Shown here: piece after piece, positions 12,896-28,604 of the stretch
Numbering within the stretch: position 1 is the stretch's first letter
Layout: every line of letters starts with the position of its first letter
Origin: Octopus vulgaris
Taxonomy: Eukaryota
Assembly: GCA_951406725.2 (NCBI GenBank)
Contig: OX597814.1
Span: 142,414,001 to 142,478,000, forward strand
Length of the DNA stretch: 64,000 bases
Direction: 5' to 3'
The notes under the pieces: generated by a model
What the model saw: only the letters and a program-made list of their open reading frames with translations
What the model was told of the DNA's origin: nothing
Databases searched by the model: none
Translations under genes and position numbers: made by a program

Positions 12896-13920
12896 GAAAG
12901 AATTTACCAATCAGATACAGGGAAATTTGATCAGATACTTTTGCATTTACGATTGTTAACAAACAATTGAAGTTTGATTTATCAAAGAAAGTGATAGACG
13001 TACTTTTCAAATAATGACGACTACCGGAATTGATACATATGAAAGTCGACAGCTTTTTACCTGTCTCTTGTTTCATATGATATGCGTCATGTCTTTCAAG
13101 TTGGATTAATTGTTTTAGCTGATCAGAAAATTCGATGACAACTTGTGAGAGAGAAGTGACAGACCCAGGAAATACTGGAAGTGATAACCATTGTTTATTG
13201 AAAACGTTAATTGAATTTCAACATTGATGTAAGAACAAAGACAAGAAATAAATTGAAGCGTAAAGAAGACAGAAATATTTTGAGAAGAAATCAACGCAAA
13301 TGTCAATCGGTGTCGGAAATAAAAATAGTTTCGACATGTTAGGAACTTTTAACATGTTTCATTAGACTAGTTTATGCTAAATGCTATAGATTGCTCTTTA
13401 GTCAGTATGAAATACAAATGTTTCATCTGAAAACTGACAATCTACTCGCTGGAGTTATTTTCCCTGACGGGTGGCATGGTAGTTTATTTATTTGTCTATT
13501 TTACTTTTCATATTTCATAACACTTACCTCAAGCCTGGAATAGTGCTGCTTTTTGCTCTGTTATTTTCATTAACAAAGAAGTTGTTTTCTTGTTGCTACA
13601 TTGGTAGTTGATGTTTCATGTCTGCCTCCTCCAAACATTTCATTATTTTATGCCTCTTTATCACATGGAGTAAAGCAATTATGAGAGTTTGTGACTAAAG
13701 GTGTATTTTTAATTCAGTAGTATGTATGTAGAAAAAAAAGTACATTGTTTAGAATATGTGATTACTTTTGTTTAAGCAATGAAGTAAAAAAATTACTCTC
13801 TTACTCATTTCATTTAGATATTATTTGCGCTGTACAAGTTTCTCTGGGTCTCGAATTGTTTTATATGTAACGAGTTGCTTCTGTTGGTTGCTAAATTTAG
13901 GAATTACTTTTCTCTTCTGT

Positions 13921-14045
13921 GAAGGCGCGTAACTTAGCGTTTATGAGTTTGACTCATGATCACAATGTCTAGAGTTCAATTCTGAACCGAGTGGTGGATT
14001 GTGGTCTTGAGCAACGTTGCTCTAGTTTACTCAGCTATAACAAAT
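13921..14045 (+). mobile_element. SINE family C fragment (target of the 14046 element)
   Basis: Degenerate GAAGGCGCG head and TTGAGCAA..GTTGCTCTAGTTTACTCAGCT core. Confidence 0.6.
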
Positions 14046-15136
14046 GGGATCCGGTCAAAAGTCCCCTCGGACAAAAGCCCCACGGTTATTTTTTCGGTTA
14101 TTTCTTCATTTTTAGAAGTTTTAGTTGAATGTATTTTTTTTTTTACTTGTTGCACTTATTAGACTGCGGCCGACCAATGCTGAGGCACCACTTGAAGAAT
14201 TTTTAGATGGCTACATGAAACCCAGAATTTTTTTAAAGCTTCTGTGATATAATTCGTTTTTGCTTTTCTTTTTACATTTTGCAGTCATTAGACTGCAGCC
14301 ATGCTGGGGCACCATCCTGAGGAATTTTTAGTCGATTGTATCGATCCCAGAACTATTTTTAGATGATTTTCAACCAGCGCATGAAGAAAGCCTACAAGGT
14401 TTCTTGACATGTTAGAAATATCAGCCAGATGTCTTGAAATTTTTATACCCCCTCACTTCGGTTATTTTAATTTTTGGTCATTCTTCATTTTTTTTAAATT
14501 TCATAAAAGTCTTTTTACTTGTTTTAGTCACTGGACTGCGGCCATGCTGGGGCACCACCTTGAAGAATTTTCAGTCGAAAGTATCGACCCCAGTATCTTT
14601 TTAGGTGATTTTCAACAAACACATAAAGTTAAGCCTAGAAGGTCTCTCCACATGCTAGAAATAACAGCCAAATCTTTCAATTTTCTTTTTTATAATTTCA
14701 CGTAAACAAAAACGGAAATCGTGGTTGTAAGAAAAAAATTATTTTCCAAAATTCCAATTTTTAAGTAAACAAAATATTTTCAATCGAAAAACGGTGTCAA
14801 AACATCTATGTTTCTCACAGTGGTATGTTCCGTGTGTTTCAATTAGTTTCCTCGTGTTTAGAATAATTTTAAAGTTTGAAAGGGAAAATAAATAAACCTT
14901 CACATCAATAATAGAATAACAGAACACAATACTCTTTACTACTCAATGTACATATTGTCTGAATTCCAACAAAAGCGAAAGCCTTTACTTCAAGAAATGT
15001 GCAGAAATATAGAAACGATAAGAAATACGTTCGAATTTCGGCGCCATAATTCTGTTAGACCTTCAACAGCCGGAGAAAGTTCAAAAGGTCAGCTTATTCT
15101 TACTAATCTGCAAGTGATGAGAGAAGAAAAAACAAA

Positions 15137-15213
<77 letters not shown>

Positions 15214-15749
15214 CAAAAATTCTTCAAGCTTGTGTCCCAGCATGGCTGCAGTCCAGTGACTGAAACAAGTAAAAAGATTTTTAGAAAATAAAAAGAAAAC
15301 GAGAGGGTTATAAAAAAATTTCAAGAGATTTGGCTGTTATTTCTAGCACATCTAGGCTTAACTTCATGCGCTGGGTTTTTAAATTATTTAAAAAATACAG
15401 AGGTTGTTACATTCGACTAAAATTTCTTCAAGGTGGTGCCCCAGCATGGCCGCAATCTAATAACTGCAACAAGTAAAAATAAAAGAAATTCTAGCATCGA
15501 TACATTCGACTAAAAATTCTTCAAGGCGGTGCCCCAGCATGGCCGCAGTCTAATGATTGAAACAAGTAAAAGGTGAAAAATACGAAAAAAAAAAAAAAAA
15601 ATCGAAAAATATAATCGTTGGATTTCTGTCCACTTTCACACTTTAACTATGGGGCTTTTGTCCGTGGGGTTTTTGTTCAAGAGGGCTTTTGTCATAGGAG
15701 GCTTTTGTCCGCGGGGGATTTTGTCCTCGAGAGCTTTTGACCTACACTC
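14046..15749. mobile_element. Non-autonomous Mutator/foldback-like element with long inverted arms
   Basis: Termini G..GGTCAAAAG with tandem GGACAAAAGCCCC subterminal units. Arms 14046-14700 and 15210-15749 are inverted. Degenerate 9-bp TSD: ATAACAAAT (14037-14045) / GTAACGAGT (15750-15758). Confidence 0.7.
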
Positions 15750-16189
15750 GTAACGAGTATCTGCCGGGTGTTGGTGCAGCTCTGTCTCCCTCCAGCTGTC
15801 ACATTCTAGATGTTCTACCGGGTCAAAGATGAGTGGAGTAGTGTTAATGATTTTCAAAAAATATTAAAGGAATATGTGACCTAACTTCAACCGAGGATTT
15901 GAGAAAGTTTCAATGGTCTTGACCTCGTGGGCCATTATGTTATAATGAACAACACTAGTCATTTTAGGCAAACACCCACATACACACATATATACATATG
16001 TATACCTTCACTTTTCCCTTTATATTTTATATGTGTTCTTCCAAAAAGCTCAGTCACCAGTGCCAATCCATTACATTTTATATTTTCTTCCTTAATCTTT
16101 AAAAATTTCCTGACAAGAAGGGGCATGCTTCTAAAAAGAAAAAATCCTGTGCTCTTAAATCTTTTACAAGCGTAACGAGTTAAATATTG

Positions 16190-16401
16190 GTTTCAAATTT
16201 TGGCACAAGGCCAGCAACTTCGGGGAATGGGTAGTCGATTACATCAACCCCAATGTTCAACTGGTACTTATTTTATCGACCCCGAAAGGAGGAAAGATAA
16301 AATCAACCTCGGCGGAATTTGAACTCAGAACGTAACAACGGACAAAATGTCACTAAGTATCCTTCCTGGTGTGCTAACGATTCTGCCAGCTCAACACCTT
16401 A
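16190..16401 (-). mobile_element. SINE family B with 16-bp TSD
   Basis: Family B sequence flanked by AACGAGTTAAATATTG at 16174-16189 and 16402-16417. Confidence 0.9.
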
Positions 16402-16649
16402 AACGAGTTAAATATTGAACTCCCTAAATGTTTAGATATTTTCCGTTCTACTTACAAACTGAATACATACTTTAGATGTTAGATGTTATTTCCATTTGCC
16501 AGAAAATTCACACCTTTTAAAATTATCATTTAACTGTTTGCCTATCCAAAGCATTTTGCCCTAAACATTTGTACTTGTTTTGCCTAAACATTTTGCCCTA
16601 AGCATCTACGCTTGTTTTCAAACTTTTATAGTTATCCTTTGTTTCGTAT

Positions 16650-16945
16650 GTCTGAGTGATATAAAGTTTTCCTTGCACAAGTCCCTGGTTACTGTAATGG
16701 TTGACAAAAAAAAAATTAAGAATGTGCTTTATATGGAGCAAGGATGCCGGAGAAATATGTTTGAGAATCACATTTTCGTAAGTTTGCCGTTAAACGTACG
16801 TGATTGTTTTCAGAATTTCAGCTAGCCCTTGTTCGATACTCTGAGTAATATAAAGCTTTCCTTTCACAATTCTCTAGTTATTCTAATGGTTGAAAAAAAA
16901 AAACTGTGCTTTATATGGTGCTAGAACGCCAGGGAAATGTGTGCT
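16650..16945. repeat. Degenerate tandem duplication (~190-bp period)
   Basis: CTGAGTrATATAAAG...TAATGGTTGA...TGTGCTTTATATGG occurs at ~16652 and ~16841. Confidence 0.7.
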
Positions 16946-17609
16946 GTTTATCTCGGTGATACACAAGAAAAGCAAATGTTTAAACACTTACTAATATAAA
17001 GCAATTGTGCTGATAAATACACATCCAATCGTAAATGTATGATCATGGGAGATAAGCGATATTTTAGTTTGATCACTTGTCTGCTTAGTGAGAACGTTTT
17101 CCATTTTAATACGGCATTGTAGATTTTTTTAAATATCTCATGCGAAGGAAGTAGGGAACTATATTCTTTTTCCAATGCGACTGACCGCTGTCCCGTCAAG
17201 GGAGGAATATTTACATCAGAGAAACCGGAAAACCGGTTCTATGTTCCTCACAGAGTAATGTGGACTAACCATTCTTTTTCCAAGAATCCGTATGTGCGAA
17301 TGTATGTAAGTATGTATATATGTATGGATGCATTTATATTATTATTATATATGTATGTAAGCAGATGAGCTTATATGTGTTTATGTATATATGTACGTAT
17401 GTACGTATGCATAAGTGTATATATGCATGTATGTAGGTATGTTACAAAATATAAAGTTATATCTTGAGTGACAACAACGCTCAAGATATACAACAGACTG
17501 GAATAGTAGTGCTCTAATGAGCTGAATACACTTTTTGCTCGCATTGCCTCCCCTCGGATAAAAAAAAAGTGTATGTATGTATGTAGATGTTTGCGCATGT
17601 ACACACATA

Positions 17610-17845
17610 CATGATGGACTCTCCCGTCGTTAGTGATAAAATCTTTGTGAATACATGAGCTCACTCCCTCCATCAAATCGACATTACTTGAACAGGTGCT
17701 CAGTGTGCCACATGTCAGAGCACACAGAGCAACATGAAATTAAATGCTTTGCTCAAGAATACAAAATAACGTCCGGTCTGGGAATCGAACCCACGATCTC
17801 GCAATCGTGAGTACAACACCCTGACCACTAAGCCATGCACCTTCA
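17610..17845 (-). mobile_element. SINE family C
   Basis: Reverse complement of the tRNA-like head and CORE-like domain; similar to 27630-27900. Confidence 0.8.
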
Positions 17846-17899
17846 GAACATTATATATATATATGTATACATACATTGATACACACACACACATACACA

Positions 17900-17934
<35 letters not shown>

Positions 17935-17935
17935 G

Positions 17936-18041
<106 letters not shown>

Positions 18042-19110
18042 TATGCCTCTGTGTGTATATGCTTATATAAGATCTTTAATACTACCATATCTCTCAGGAA
18101 CTTTCTTCGTGTCTATCATTTCCTTAGACATAACCTACTCTAGCAGCAGTAAAATAATTACCATAATTTTCTCCTCATTAACCACTCCTTCCATTTCCTC
18201 TTGATAAGAACATCCGTACCTTTATTCATTGTGGACTCTCTCTCTTTCTATCCGTTACATTTTTTGATTTTTCATTTTTATTCTCTTACTTTAATCAACG
18301 TTCTAATTCCCTTGAACAGGAAATATATATATATGTAGTAAATCCTGTATCTATATCATAAATAATCTCAAATGATTTATCATCTTAACGCTGCCTCCAC
18401 TGAATTACCGATCCTCCGTCTGATCCTTGAAAGGAATATTCAAATAGTCCAAAGATACATATTTCATTTGAAGATGTGTAGTCTTAGTCAGTCGGGAGAT
18501 CTTTAGTAACTGTATACTTAAAACTATGGTAATGAGATAACAAATCTTTATTTGTCATCTCTAGCGATTCACTTGCCAGTTTTCCAAGATTTGTGCTCTT
18601 CCGGTAGGAAGTAGATAGAGTTAATACGCCCTCACACAAGCAGCAACACGATAATTAAAAATTAAAAAAAAAATTTTTAAACTAGACGTGTAGAAAAATC
18701 AAACCAACAAAAGCCCAAATAATAATTATTCTAAAAATAAAAACAAGAAAAATGCAAAAGATTAGGTTTTAATTTATGCTTTCGACCTTGCTAATTATAT
18801 GAAAAGATTTCGCGGCATCCTAAGCAATATTTCTGGAATAAAACTCAGTCTTGAATTCTCGGGTGTATTTTCAAACCATCATCTTTATATTGATGCTTTC
18901 ATGTTCAACAGCAGCTTGCGATTTTCTTCTTTTTTTTTTTTGTGGTTTTTATTATCCCGGCACAAAGTTGAAGATGTATTTAAAATTGAAATGAGAAAAT
19001 GTGTACGAAGCGCTACAGAGATCTGAATATGAATAAGCGATGACGTACAATGCATATTCTTTTATGCTTTTTAATGGCGGCAGTCAGAAACCATGGCCAT
19101 GCTGGAACAA

Positions 19111-20380
<1,270 letters not shown>

Positions 20381-20684
20381 TAACCTATTGGTTAAACTGT
20401 TGTACTAACGATCAGAACGTCATGAATTCGATTTATGGAGCGATCATGAAAGAGCTAAGAGTGTCTATGCCTGCTCACGAATACATAGACATCTAAAACA
20501 ATTTGAATTTAGGAAAATTGGGCGAAGCACGTCGGTCGGATGACATATTCATAGAGAAATGAATTGGTCGAAAAATAATTCGATTGAGTACATATTTGTA
20601 GGAAGTGGTGATGTATTAGTCAAAATTTTGATACTTTTCAAAGAAATATTTTTAAAAATTACTTTTCTTTTATTTACCAAGGCC

Positions 20685-21142
20685 TAAATTCTCTTAAAGC
20701 GAAAAATCGTAAAGCAGAGCAATAATTTCCCATAGTGGCAATGTTAAAAAGCGTAATTCGTTCGCAGAAAATATTTTACGTATAAAATTTATAATACTCG
20801 TAAATAAATGGCAATAAAACAACAGTTGAACGCAAAGAATATTTCATGTAAAGTAAAAAGAATGTCAAGATCATTTATAATAAAAGATATTATTATCATA
20901 ATCGTTTTCTGAATCACTTACACTCGCACTAGACTCGCGCACATTAGCACTATAAATTTTTCCTATGCTTTCTATAAATGTTTCGATAACACGCCGAAGC
21001 ATTTGTTACGGTAGTAGAAACGTTTAGACTTCGTTCAAAATTTGGATCTTGTGCTTGAAAAAAATTAGCTCACTATACAAAAGTGAGCTGAAAAATAAAA
21101 CTCGTAAACTCGGGATCTCGTAAAGCGGGTCCTCAAAGTGTG
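20685..21142. mobile_element. Tigger/pogo-derived MITE
   Basis: 20690-20877 matches 61930-62115. Right end has CTCGTAAA subterminal repeats typical of Tigger-like MITEs. Confidence 0.65.
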
Positions 21143-21512
21143 AGTTATTACTGCATCATCAGAGGAATGCTAAAATAAAGTTTGTAATATGAAAATATGC
21201 GAATAAGTGGCGAGAGATCTTCCCAGACAGTCTTGGACGATTTGTCTGAAAACGAAATAATGACTTTATTTATTGTCCTAAGGTGGGTTCCAAAGGATAG
21301 TGTGTCTTCGGCCGGAAACTCCGAAAGCAAAATGCGGCAAAGGTGATCGAACACCGGTTGGTCAGAAACAGAAATATGTCTAGGAGATAACAATTTGTGT
21401 TGAATCGATTGCTTTGCTTTACTTCAGAAATTGATAGCGAGATGAAAGACTGAAGCTGTCAAGATAACACGATGAAAGGATATTAAAACAACGCACTTGT
21501 CGTAACATACAA

Positions 21513-21700
21513 AGGCGGTGAGCTGGCAGAATCGTTAGCACGTCAGACAATATGTTTTCTTCCGATTCTTTACGCCCTGAATTCAAATCCCGCTGAAGTC
21601 AACTTTGTCTTTCATCCTTTCGAGTTGATAAATGAAAATATCAGTCAAATTATAGGATGATGTAATCGACTTGTCCTCTCCTCTCGAAAGTGTTGCCCTT
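21513..21700 (+). mobile_element. SINE family B, degenerate
   Basis: AGGCGGTGAGCTGGCAGAATCGTTAGC head and CTTTCATCCTTTCG domain. Confidence 0.8.
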
Positions 21701-21819
21701 GGATCCTGCAAAAGACCGGTGTCCCGTTCAGGGGGATCTCGGTCATTTATAGGTCATGTAACAGCTAGAAGGAGAAAGATAGAGAGAGAATGAGAGAGCT
21801 ACACCAACATTCGACTGTA

Positions 21820-21962
21820 CTCATTTTTCATCTGATTAGACTGGAGCAAAGTGAAATAAACTGTTTCGTTCAAAAACACACTACGTCGTCCAGCTCAAGA
21901 ATTGAACTTATGATATTATGATCGTGAGCCGAATTGTCTAACCAATAGACCACGTACCTTCA
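21820..21962 (-). mobile_element. SINE family C, degenerate
   Basis: GACTGGAGCAAAGTGAAATAAA core and degenerate head on the minus strand. Confidence 0.6.
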
Positions 21963-22589
21963 CTTAGATTTACTGATCGAATATTCGACAATTGATCCGG
22001 TTCGTTCTACAGCTGCAAAGCATTGATGATAGTGTCTCTGGAGAATTGCAATTGTTAATCTGCTTGTTTATTCTTGGGAAAATGCGTACCATTGTTCTAA
22101 AAGCTCTGTTGAGATTTTTGCTAACTGTAATCTGGATTACAAACATGACTGCTGTCAACATTAAATTCCAGTTGGTTGTACATTAATCTTTACTTCTTGT
22201 TTGATGCTAACATGAGTGTTCGCTTTTGTTTCTTTCAGCTCTATCAAGCAATATGGAAAAAAAGTATTTAAAACTCTGGACTTGTAACTCGTTATAACAG
22301 CGAAAAATAATTTTCTTTATCTTCTTGAATTCTGAACTCACTTGCATTTGTTCTATTGGCAGATCTCCCGGATGCTTTTCATCATCTGAAGGAAATTTTG
22401 CCAAATGAAATACCTACTTCTTAAATACATTTACATTCGTTTATCCCTGTTTCGTTCATTACTGATCTGGAATAATACGGTAAGCTGAACTGTGAACCAT
22501 TTAACGCATTTTCACAAATAGATCTCCGGTAACAAGGATCGGCAATCAGTTATAGATTTTGCTTGTTATGATACATTTCGGTTATTCAT

Positions 22590-23136
22590 TATTTTTTTCC
22601 CCACTTCTTTCTTCAAATTTTCTTCCGTTTCTCGCCGAGTGTTTTCGTACGCCTAGGGCAGAGAAGCTCTTTGTATGCATTCCCAGATTACACACGCAAA
22701 TTCACTGGTAAAATATGTATTTAAAAAATTAATAAATAAATAAATTCATGAATGGATGTTGTTTTCACAGCGATAATGCTCTTCTCAGTACATGAGCCGT
22801 TCCAGTTAACACGATTTTTTGCACTTCCTGTAGGGATGGTAAGCCTGGTATAATTTTCAAATAGGTTTCAGTACCTTCTTTTTTTTATCATTCCTAGAGC
22901 TCCTACAATCACTGAAACTGTAGTCGTCTTGAGATGTCACATTTTTTTCAATTTCTATTAGCAAGTCTTTATATTTACTGATCTTGTCAAATTCTTTCGC
23001 TGCTATATTGTGATCACAAGGAATACTCATGTCAATTAAACACATCCTTTTTGTCTGATATTTTATAATAATATCCAGTTTATTAGCTTTTATAGTTTTG
23101 TCGGTATGTACAGGTAAGTCCCATAGAATCGACACA

Positions 23137-23137
<1 letters not shown>
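22590..23137 (-). mobile_element. R4/Dong-like LINE 3' fragment (REL endonuclease + 3' UTR)
   Basis: ILWDLPVHTDKTIKANKLDIII...CLIDMSIP...KISKYKDL; 5' junction directly at (TAA)n. Confidence 0.85.
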
Positions 23138-23404
<267 letters not shown>

Positions 23405-24084
23405 TACATATTATATGTTAAATTTTACTCTAAATATTTTTCCAAAAAATGAAACAATATCATTATGCGTATCTAAAAAGACTGCTCGGTGTTATTTGGT
23501 TAAGTTAGTGGGACAAACTTGGTGCCTGGCAACAAAACCTATTTTATTCATTTATGACTTATTCATTCAACACGGTGTATTTTTTGTTTGTTTGTTTGTT
23601 TTTGGTACCGAAAAATATCCATGATAAACGAAGACAAATATATTTCAAGCAAGTTTATGTCCTTGAAAAAAGGTGTCGGGAACAATACGATGGGCCGTTA
23701 TGCAATCTGCTTGCATGCAATGTGTCCAAGAGAAGAACCACAAACATATACAATCTTATATATAAATCAACTTTTCAAATTCGTGAATATTTTTGTTCTC
23801 ATAATTACATTTATTTATTTTTTTTTTCATAAAAAGCAGATGGTGTTTTGTTTGTCTCTCATAATATTCTCATTGGCGCACATTTCGTCTATATTTCAAC
23901 AATATATTTAAACAAGTGTAATAATTATATATTATATATAAAGTTTCCAGCCAGACTGACTAACATCATGGCTGTGTAAATATAGATTCCCATAAATTTC
24001 AAAAGAAATCGATAAAATCAGAACAAAAAGTAAAATTTTCAAAAAACGATGATGATGATAATAATAATAATTATTATTATTATT

Positions 24085-24945
24085 TTCTCTTTATCAGAAG
24101 TTTTGTTGGAACTCCTGGAGTCTTGTATGCGTAGCGGGCTTACTACCTGCAGCCAGTAACTATTCGTTCTTTTCAACTATCTAATACTTTTCCGATTATT
24201 CTGGCCGTGCCACGAAGGCAAAGCTTTTGTAACAGTTCTACTGGGCACTCTATTCCAATTTCCTTTATATCCTAAAGACCCCACAATAAATTGGCATTAT
24301 CTTCACCTTCTTCATTTTCCATAGCCGAACTATTTCGTACTTATGAAGGTTGTATCTATCTATCTTTTCGCCTTCCTTCTTGACTATTTGTGGGTCAAAG
24401 GGGCATGCAACATCAACTAAATAGCATATGTGGAGCGCCTTGTCCACCACCACTAAGCCGGTCTGTTATGCTCTAGCACCTGATCTGTTTGGATTGGGAA
24501 ATCCCAGAGGGTTTTGCTAGTCTCCGACTTCGCCACTCTCATACCGCATCTTGCCTCTCTAGCCCCCACTTTTCGCAAAGTTTCCAATGTAGCACTTTCG
24601 CTACCTGGTCGTGTAGCCACAACTTGTAGTGGTTTTGGGCAGGTCTAGGGCATTCGTTTGTGATATGAGCAATGGATGATCCACTCTATTGCATATGCAG
24701 CATAGCGGAGACGCTTGCTCACTCCTAAGGTTGACCCTCCAGTTCGTGGTCAAAGCTTGGTCTTGTGCTGCCAATATAATGCTCTCAGTCTCTTTGCTTA
24801 GGGTTCCTTTCATCGGCCAATCCCACCTATTTTTTTACAGCAACTTTTGTTGTGGCTAAATGGAATTGATTTTGTAGTCCCTTCTTGCGTTATACCTCTC
24901 CATGTCCTTTTTGTACTTCTTTTGTTTTTCCCCTTTTCTCTGCTC
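24085..24945 (-). mobile_element. R4/Dong-like LINE 3' fragment
   Basis: ETESIILAAQDQALTTN, degenerate zinc knuckle, LVDVACPFD..KEGEKIDRY; (TAA)n at both ends. Confidence 0.85.
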
Positions 24946-24984
24946 TCATCATCATCATCATTATTATTATCATTATTATTATTA

Positions 24985-25137
<153 letters not shown>

Positions 25138-25149
25138 TTGAGTGAAAGA

Positions 25150-25672
25150 GCAGTGGATACCATCAAAGTGACATGGTGGCAAAATATACGAAGCCCAGTA
25201 ACCCATCATGACTACCTTTCTGAGAATGGTACACCAGGCATGCATCACATCCATATGTGCACGACAAGGTGATCTCATATCAAGATAAACAGCGCATGAC
25301 CTTGCAGGTGGAGCACAGAATTTTCTTTATCTCGAGTAGTCCATCCCGTTCAAAAGGTCCCAGAATAAGGGCTGTTTAAAGATGATGAACAAAGCACCCA
25401 TTTTCCCCATGGTGAATTATCCAAACCCCAAAGAATTCCTCTCAACACATGGCTATGATGCTCCCCAACTACTTCAACTCGTGATCAGAGATGCACATAT
25501 CGTCAGCCATTAAGGGACATGCTCAACGGTTAATGTCAAGCAGCTGACAAGCAAATCTGTGGTATTGAGCAGAATATTTGCTGTACCAAGACAAAACAAT
25601 GTACATGATAACTTTTTCAATCAGTTAAGATCAGAAGCCATGAGAGCCACTGGCTGGTACTGCATCAAGGCA
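25150..25672 (-). mobile_element. Unclassified ~520-bp interspersed repeat (family D)
   Basis: Reverse complement matches 49812-50285 along its length; bounded by trinucleotide arrays; no recognisable ORF. Confidence 0.75.
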
Positions 25673-25709
25673 TTATTATTAATATCATCATCATCATCAT
25701 CATCATCAT

Positions 25710-26790
25710 TGCCTTTGCACAGCTCCTAACGCTGGAGATGTACAACAGTACCAGCTGTTCACTACCAGTGAACTAAGGTAACGCCTCTTATTTTTCGAGC
25801 ACTTTCCGGAGTATTCGAGCGGTTCCAATCAGTGCTGTTTTCTGCAAGTGCTTCACCCTTATTGCAGCCCCTATTTTTTCCATGTACTTCTCGAGATTTT
25901 TACTCACTGTTCCCAGGACTCCGACAATTATTGGTACCACTACCACCTTTTTCATCGACCACAACTGCTTTACCTCCCAAGCTAACCTGTCGTGCCTATC
26001 GACTTTTCTTTCTTCCTTATCGCATACCTTGTTGTCAGCTGGGCGTGCTATATCTATGATCCAGCATAGTTTACTTTCTTTCGCAATTAAGACTATGTCT
26101 GGTTTCCTATTGTCTATCTCATGGGTGCACAGAATCATAAAATCCCACAGGATCTTTGCATTATCATTTTCGATAATGCCTTCGGGTTTGTAGTCGTACC
26201 AATTTTTTTCCTCTGTCAAGACCATACCTGTTGCAAAGCGTCCACTGGACAAGCCTTGCTATATTGTCGTGGCGTCTCTTATATTCCTACTGGACTAGTG
26301 GCGTACATAGGCTGGTAATATGCTATGCGGTTTCACCATTTGTCCACAGATTCTGCACTTATCACTTTCTGATGTGTTGTCTACTCTGTATTTTATGTAG
26401 TTTGTTCTTAGTGCTTGCTCTTGTGAAGCACAGATTAGAGCCTCCGTTTCCAGTTTTAAATAACTTTTAAATAACTTTTAGTCATCCACAGCCATTTTTT
26501 CTCTGTCTGTCTTATCTTCAACATACCTATGAAATTATCCATGCATTCTTTTCTTTACCCGTCTATTTACATTTTTTTTTTTGTTTTCAATTGCTGCTTG
26601 TACAGTGCTTTATCCTTGCAATCTTTCATCCTACACAAGCCTGACCTTCTTACTTCTAATAACAGCGGTCCTGTGGCATTTTTTACATACCATGCTATGT
26701 TATTTTCTTCTGCTCCAATGCTGTGTTCGCATCCAATAAGCCCTCTTCCCCCTCTTTTTCTTGGTACATATAGTCTATCTATTCCTTCGT
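25710..26790 (-). mobile_element. R4/Dong-like LINE 3' fragment with intact REL domain ORF (25788-26252)
   Basis: LYVPRKRGGRGL, ASQEQALRTN, CRIC, then ILWDF..NRKPDIV..IIDIARP..VPIIVGVLG..LQKTALIGTARILRKVL. Confidence 0.9.
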
Positions 26791-27629
26791 AACACAGTGT
26801 AGGTGAACATGCACCGGAGTCTTTAGACGACGAGGATAGGTGGGTGTATCATTCTAAAGCCAAATTCAGTACCATTAAACCTTATACATTTCACGGTTGA
26901 TCGTATTTTAATTGTTAGCTGTTCTTCTCAATATAATTATTTTGCAACGAAATCTTAATTGTATTATTTATTTGCCCTCATTAAGTTGTACCAATTCATA
27001 ATAGAATAGAAATGTGAGTCTCAAATTTAAGACAGTGTGGATCAGTTTGGATTAAGACTTAGCTACAACCATTTGCATTACGAAGCTCCTACACTGGGTC
27101 GGTCTTTACATCGTTCAACACCGAAACAACTTCTAATAAAACTTTCCGAACTGAAAGCGGTAAAAAATTAGAAATGAATATAGAGAGAGATTTTCTTCAA
27201 TAACCATTCATTAATAAAGTACATTTGCCTATAATAAAGAGAAATTAATTAAAAGCTTTTAATACCTTTGGATAATACAATTGATGGAAATATAAAGCTG
27301 TGAAGAAATATTCGCCATATCTAGTTATTTGTGGGGGGACGCGCTTATTAGTTTTGTCTGGTTTGCTGATTAACAAAGCAAAACTGAGCACAGGCATTGC
27401 AATTGGTATATTTATATGCATTGAAATTAGTTGCCACATAATAACTTTACGTTTGTCTTCAGTCATGCATCACAATCTTCTTTGTGTATTTGAGATAATT
27501 TCTAATTAAATTCTGATATCGATTTAACATCCTGGTAAATTATTAATGTACAAGAACGATATAGCTAACTTGTGTGTGTACGCGCGCGCGGATGAGTGCG
27601 ATTTTTTCTTAAATCTTGCATATATATGT

Positions 27630-27900
27630 ATGATGAACTCCCCCGTCGTTAGCCGATGTATGAGGGTTCGACAATTTTTTACCGAACAGTCACACAGATG
27701 ATTTGTTTATAAGCTCATTCCTTCATCAGATTAACATTACCTGTACAAGTGAAACGGATGCCACATGCCAGATGTCGAAATGATCGCAGAGCAACGTGAA
27801 ATGAATCGCTTTGCACAAGAGCACAACGCAACGCCCAGTCTGGGAATCGAACCCACGATCTCACAATCGTGAGTGCAACACCTTAACCACTAAACCATGA
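27630..27900 (-). mobile_element. SINE family C
   Basis: GGGAATCGAACCCACGATCTC...TAACCACTAAACCA, the reverse complement of the tRNA-like head. Confidence 0.8.
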
Positions 27901-27924
27901 TATATATATATCATGGACTCTCCC

Positions 27925-28145
27925 GTCGTGTGTTTGTGTCTGTGCTTATTTACACCCACCATCGCCTAACAAACGATGTTGCTGTCTTTACGTCCACGTA
28001 ACGGAGCGGTTCAGCAAAAGAAACCGATACAATAAGTAGTAGACTTACAAACAATAAGTCCATGGGTTGAATTCTTCGAATAAAAGGCGGTGCTTCAGCA
28101 TGGTCACAGTCAAATGACTGAAACAAGTAAGAGAATAAAAGAATA
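27925..28145 (+). mobile_element. SINE family A 3' half
   Basis: Tail GGCGGTGCTTCAGCATGGTCACAGTCAAATGACTGAAAC. Confidence 0.85.
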
Positions 28146-28289
28146 TATATAGATATGGTGATGCAAACAGCAAAAATACAACTCAAAATAGACATTCTCA
28201 TCATGTTGAACCGTTAATCCCAACATATTTTTTCTGTCTCCGTTTTATTAGTATTATTATTCTTTTTCGTTCTCTCTTCATTTTTTTCC

Positions 28290-28412
28290 CCTCAACCCTT
28301 TCTGTCGGCTCGAAGCGTCAAAAACTTTTCCATTCTTTATGAGTGTCAAACTAATACACCTGCTTGTTGTTCCTTCACCTGTCTTCTTTTTACTTTTCTG
28401 TAAATTTGAACT
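28290..28412 (+). mobile_element. Penelope-like terminal repeat with deleted hammerhead
   Basis: Matches 42190-42295 (GGCTCGAA..GTCAAACTAATACA..TTGTTGTT..CACCTGTCTTC). Confidence 0.5.
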
Positions 28413-28413
28413 A

Positions 28414-28495
<82 letters not shown>

Positions 28496-28604
28496 CACAC
28501 ACATATATATATACATATATATATATATGTATGTACGTATGTATATATATATACATATACATATATATGTAAAGTATTAATAGACGCCCACGAAAGGAAA
28601 GAAA

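Noticed and set aside
21148-21455. Minus-strand 81-aa ORF with a nearby acceptor-like TTGACAG
   Set aside because: An in-frame TGA lies between the putative acceptor and the ORF, and no domain is recognisable.
21970-22560. Possible decayed LINE or host exon
   Set aside because: Short ORFs in all frames with no diagnostic motifs.
27245-27509. Overlapping ORFs faintly like a Penelope RT motif (HINIP)
   Set aside because: Similarity too weak, with no catalytic motifs downstream.
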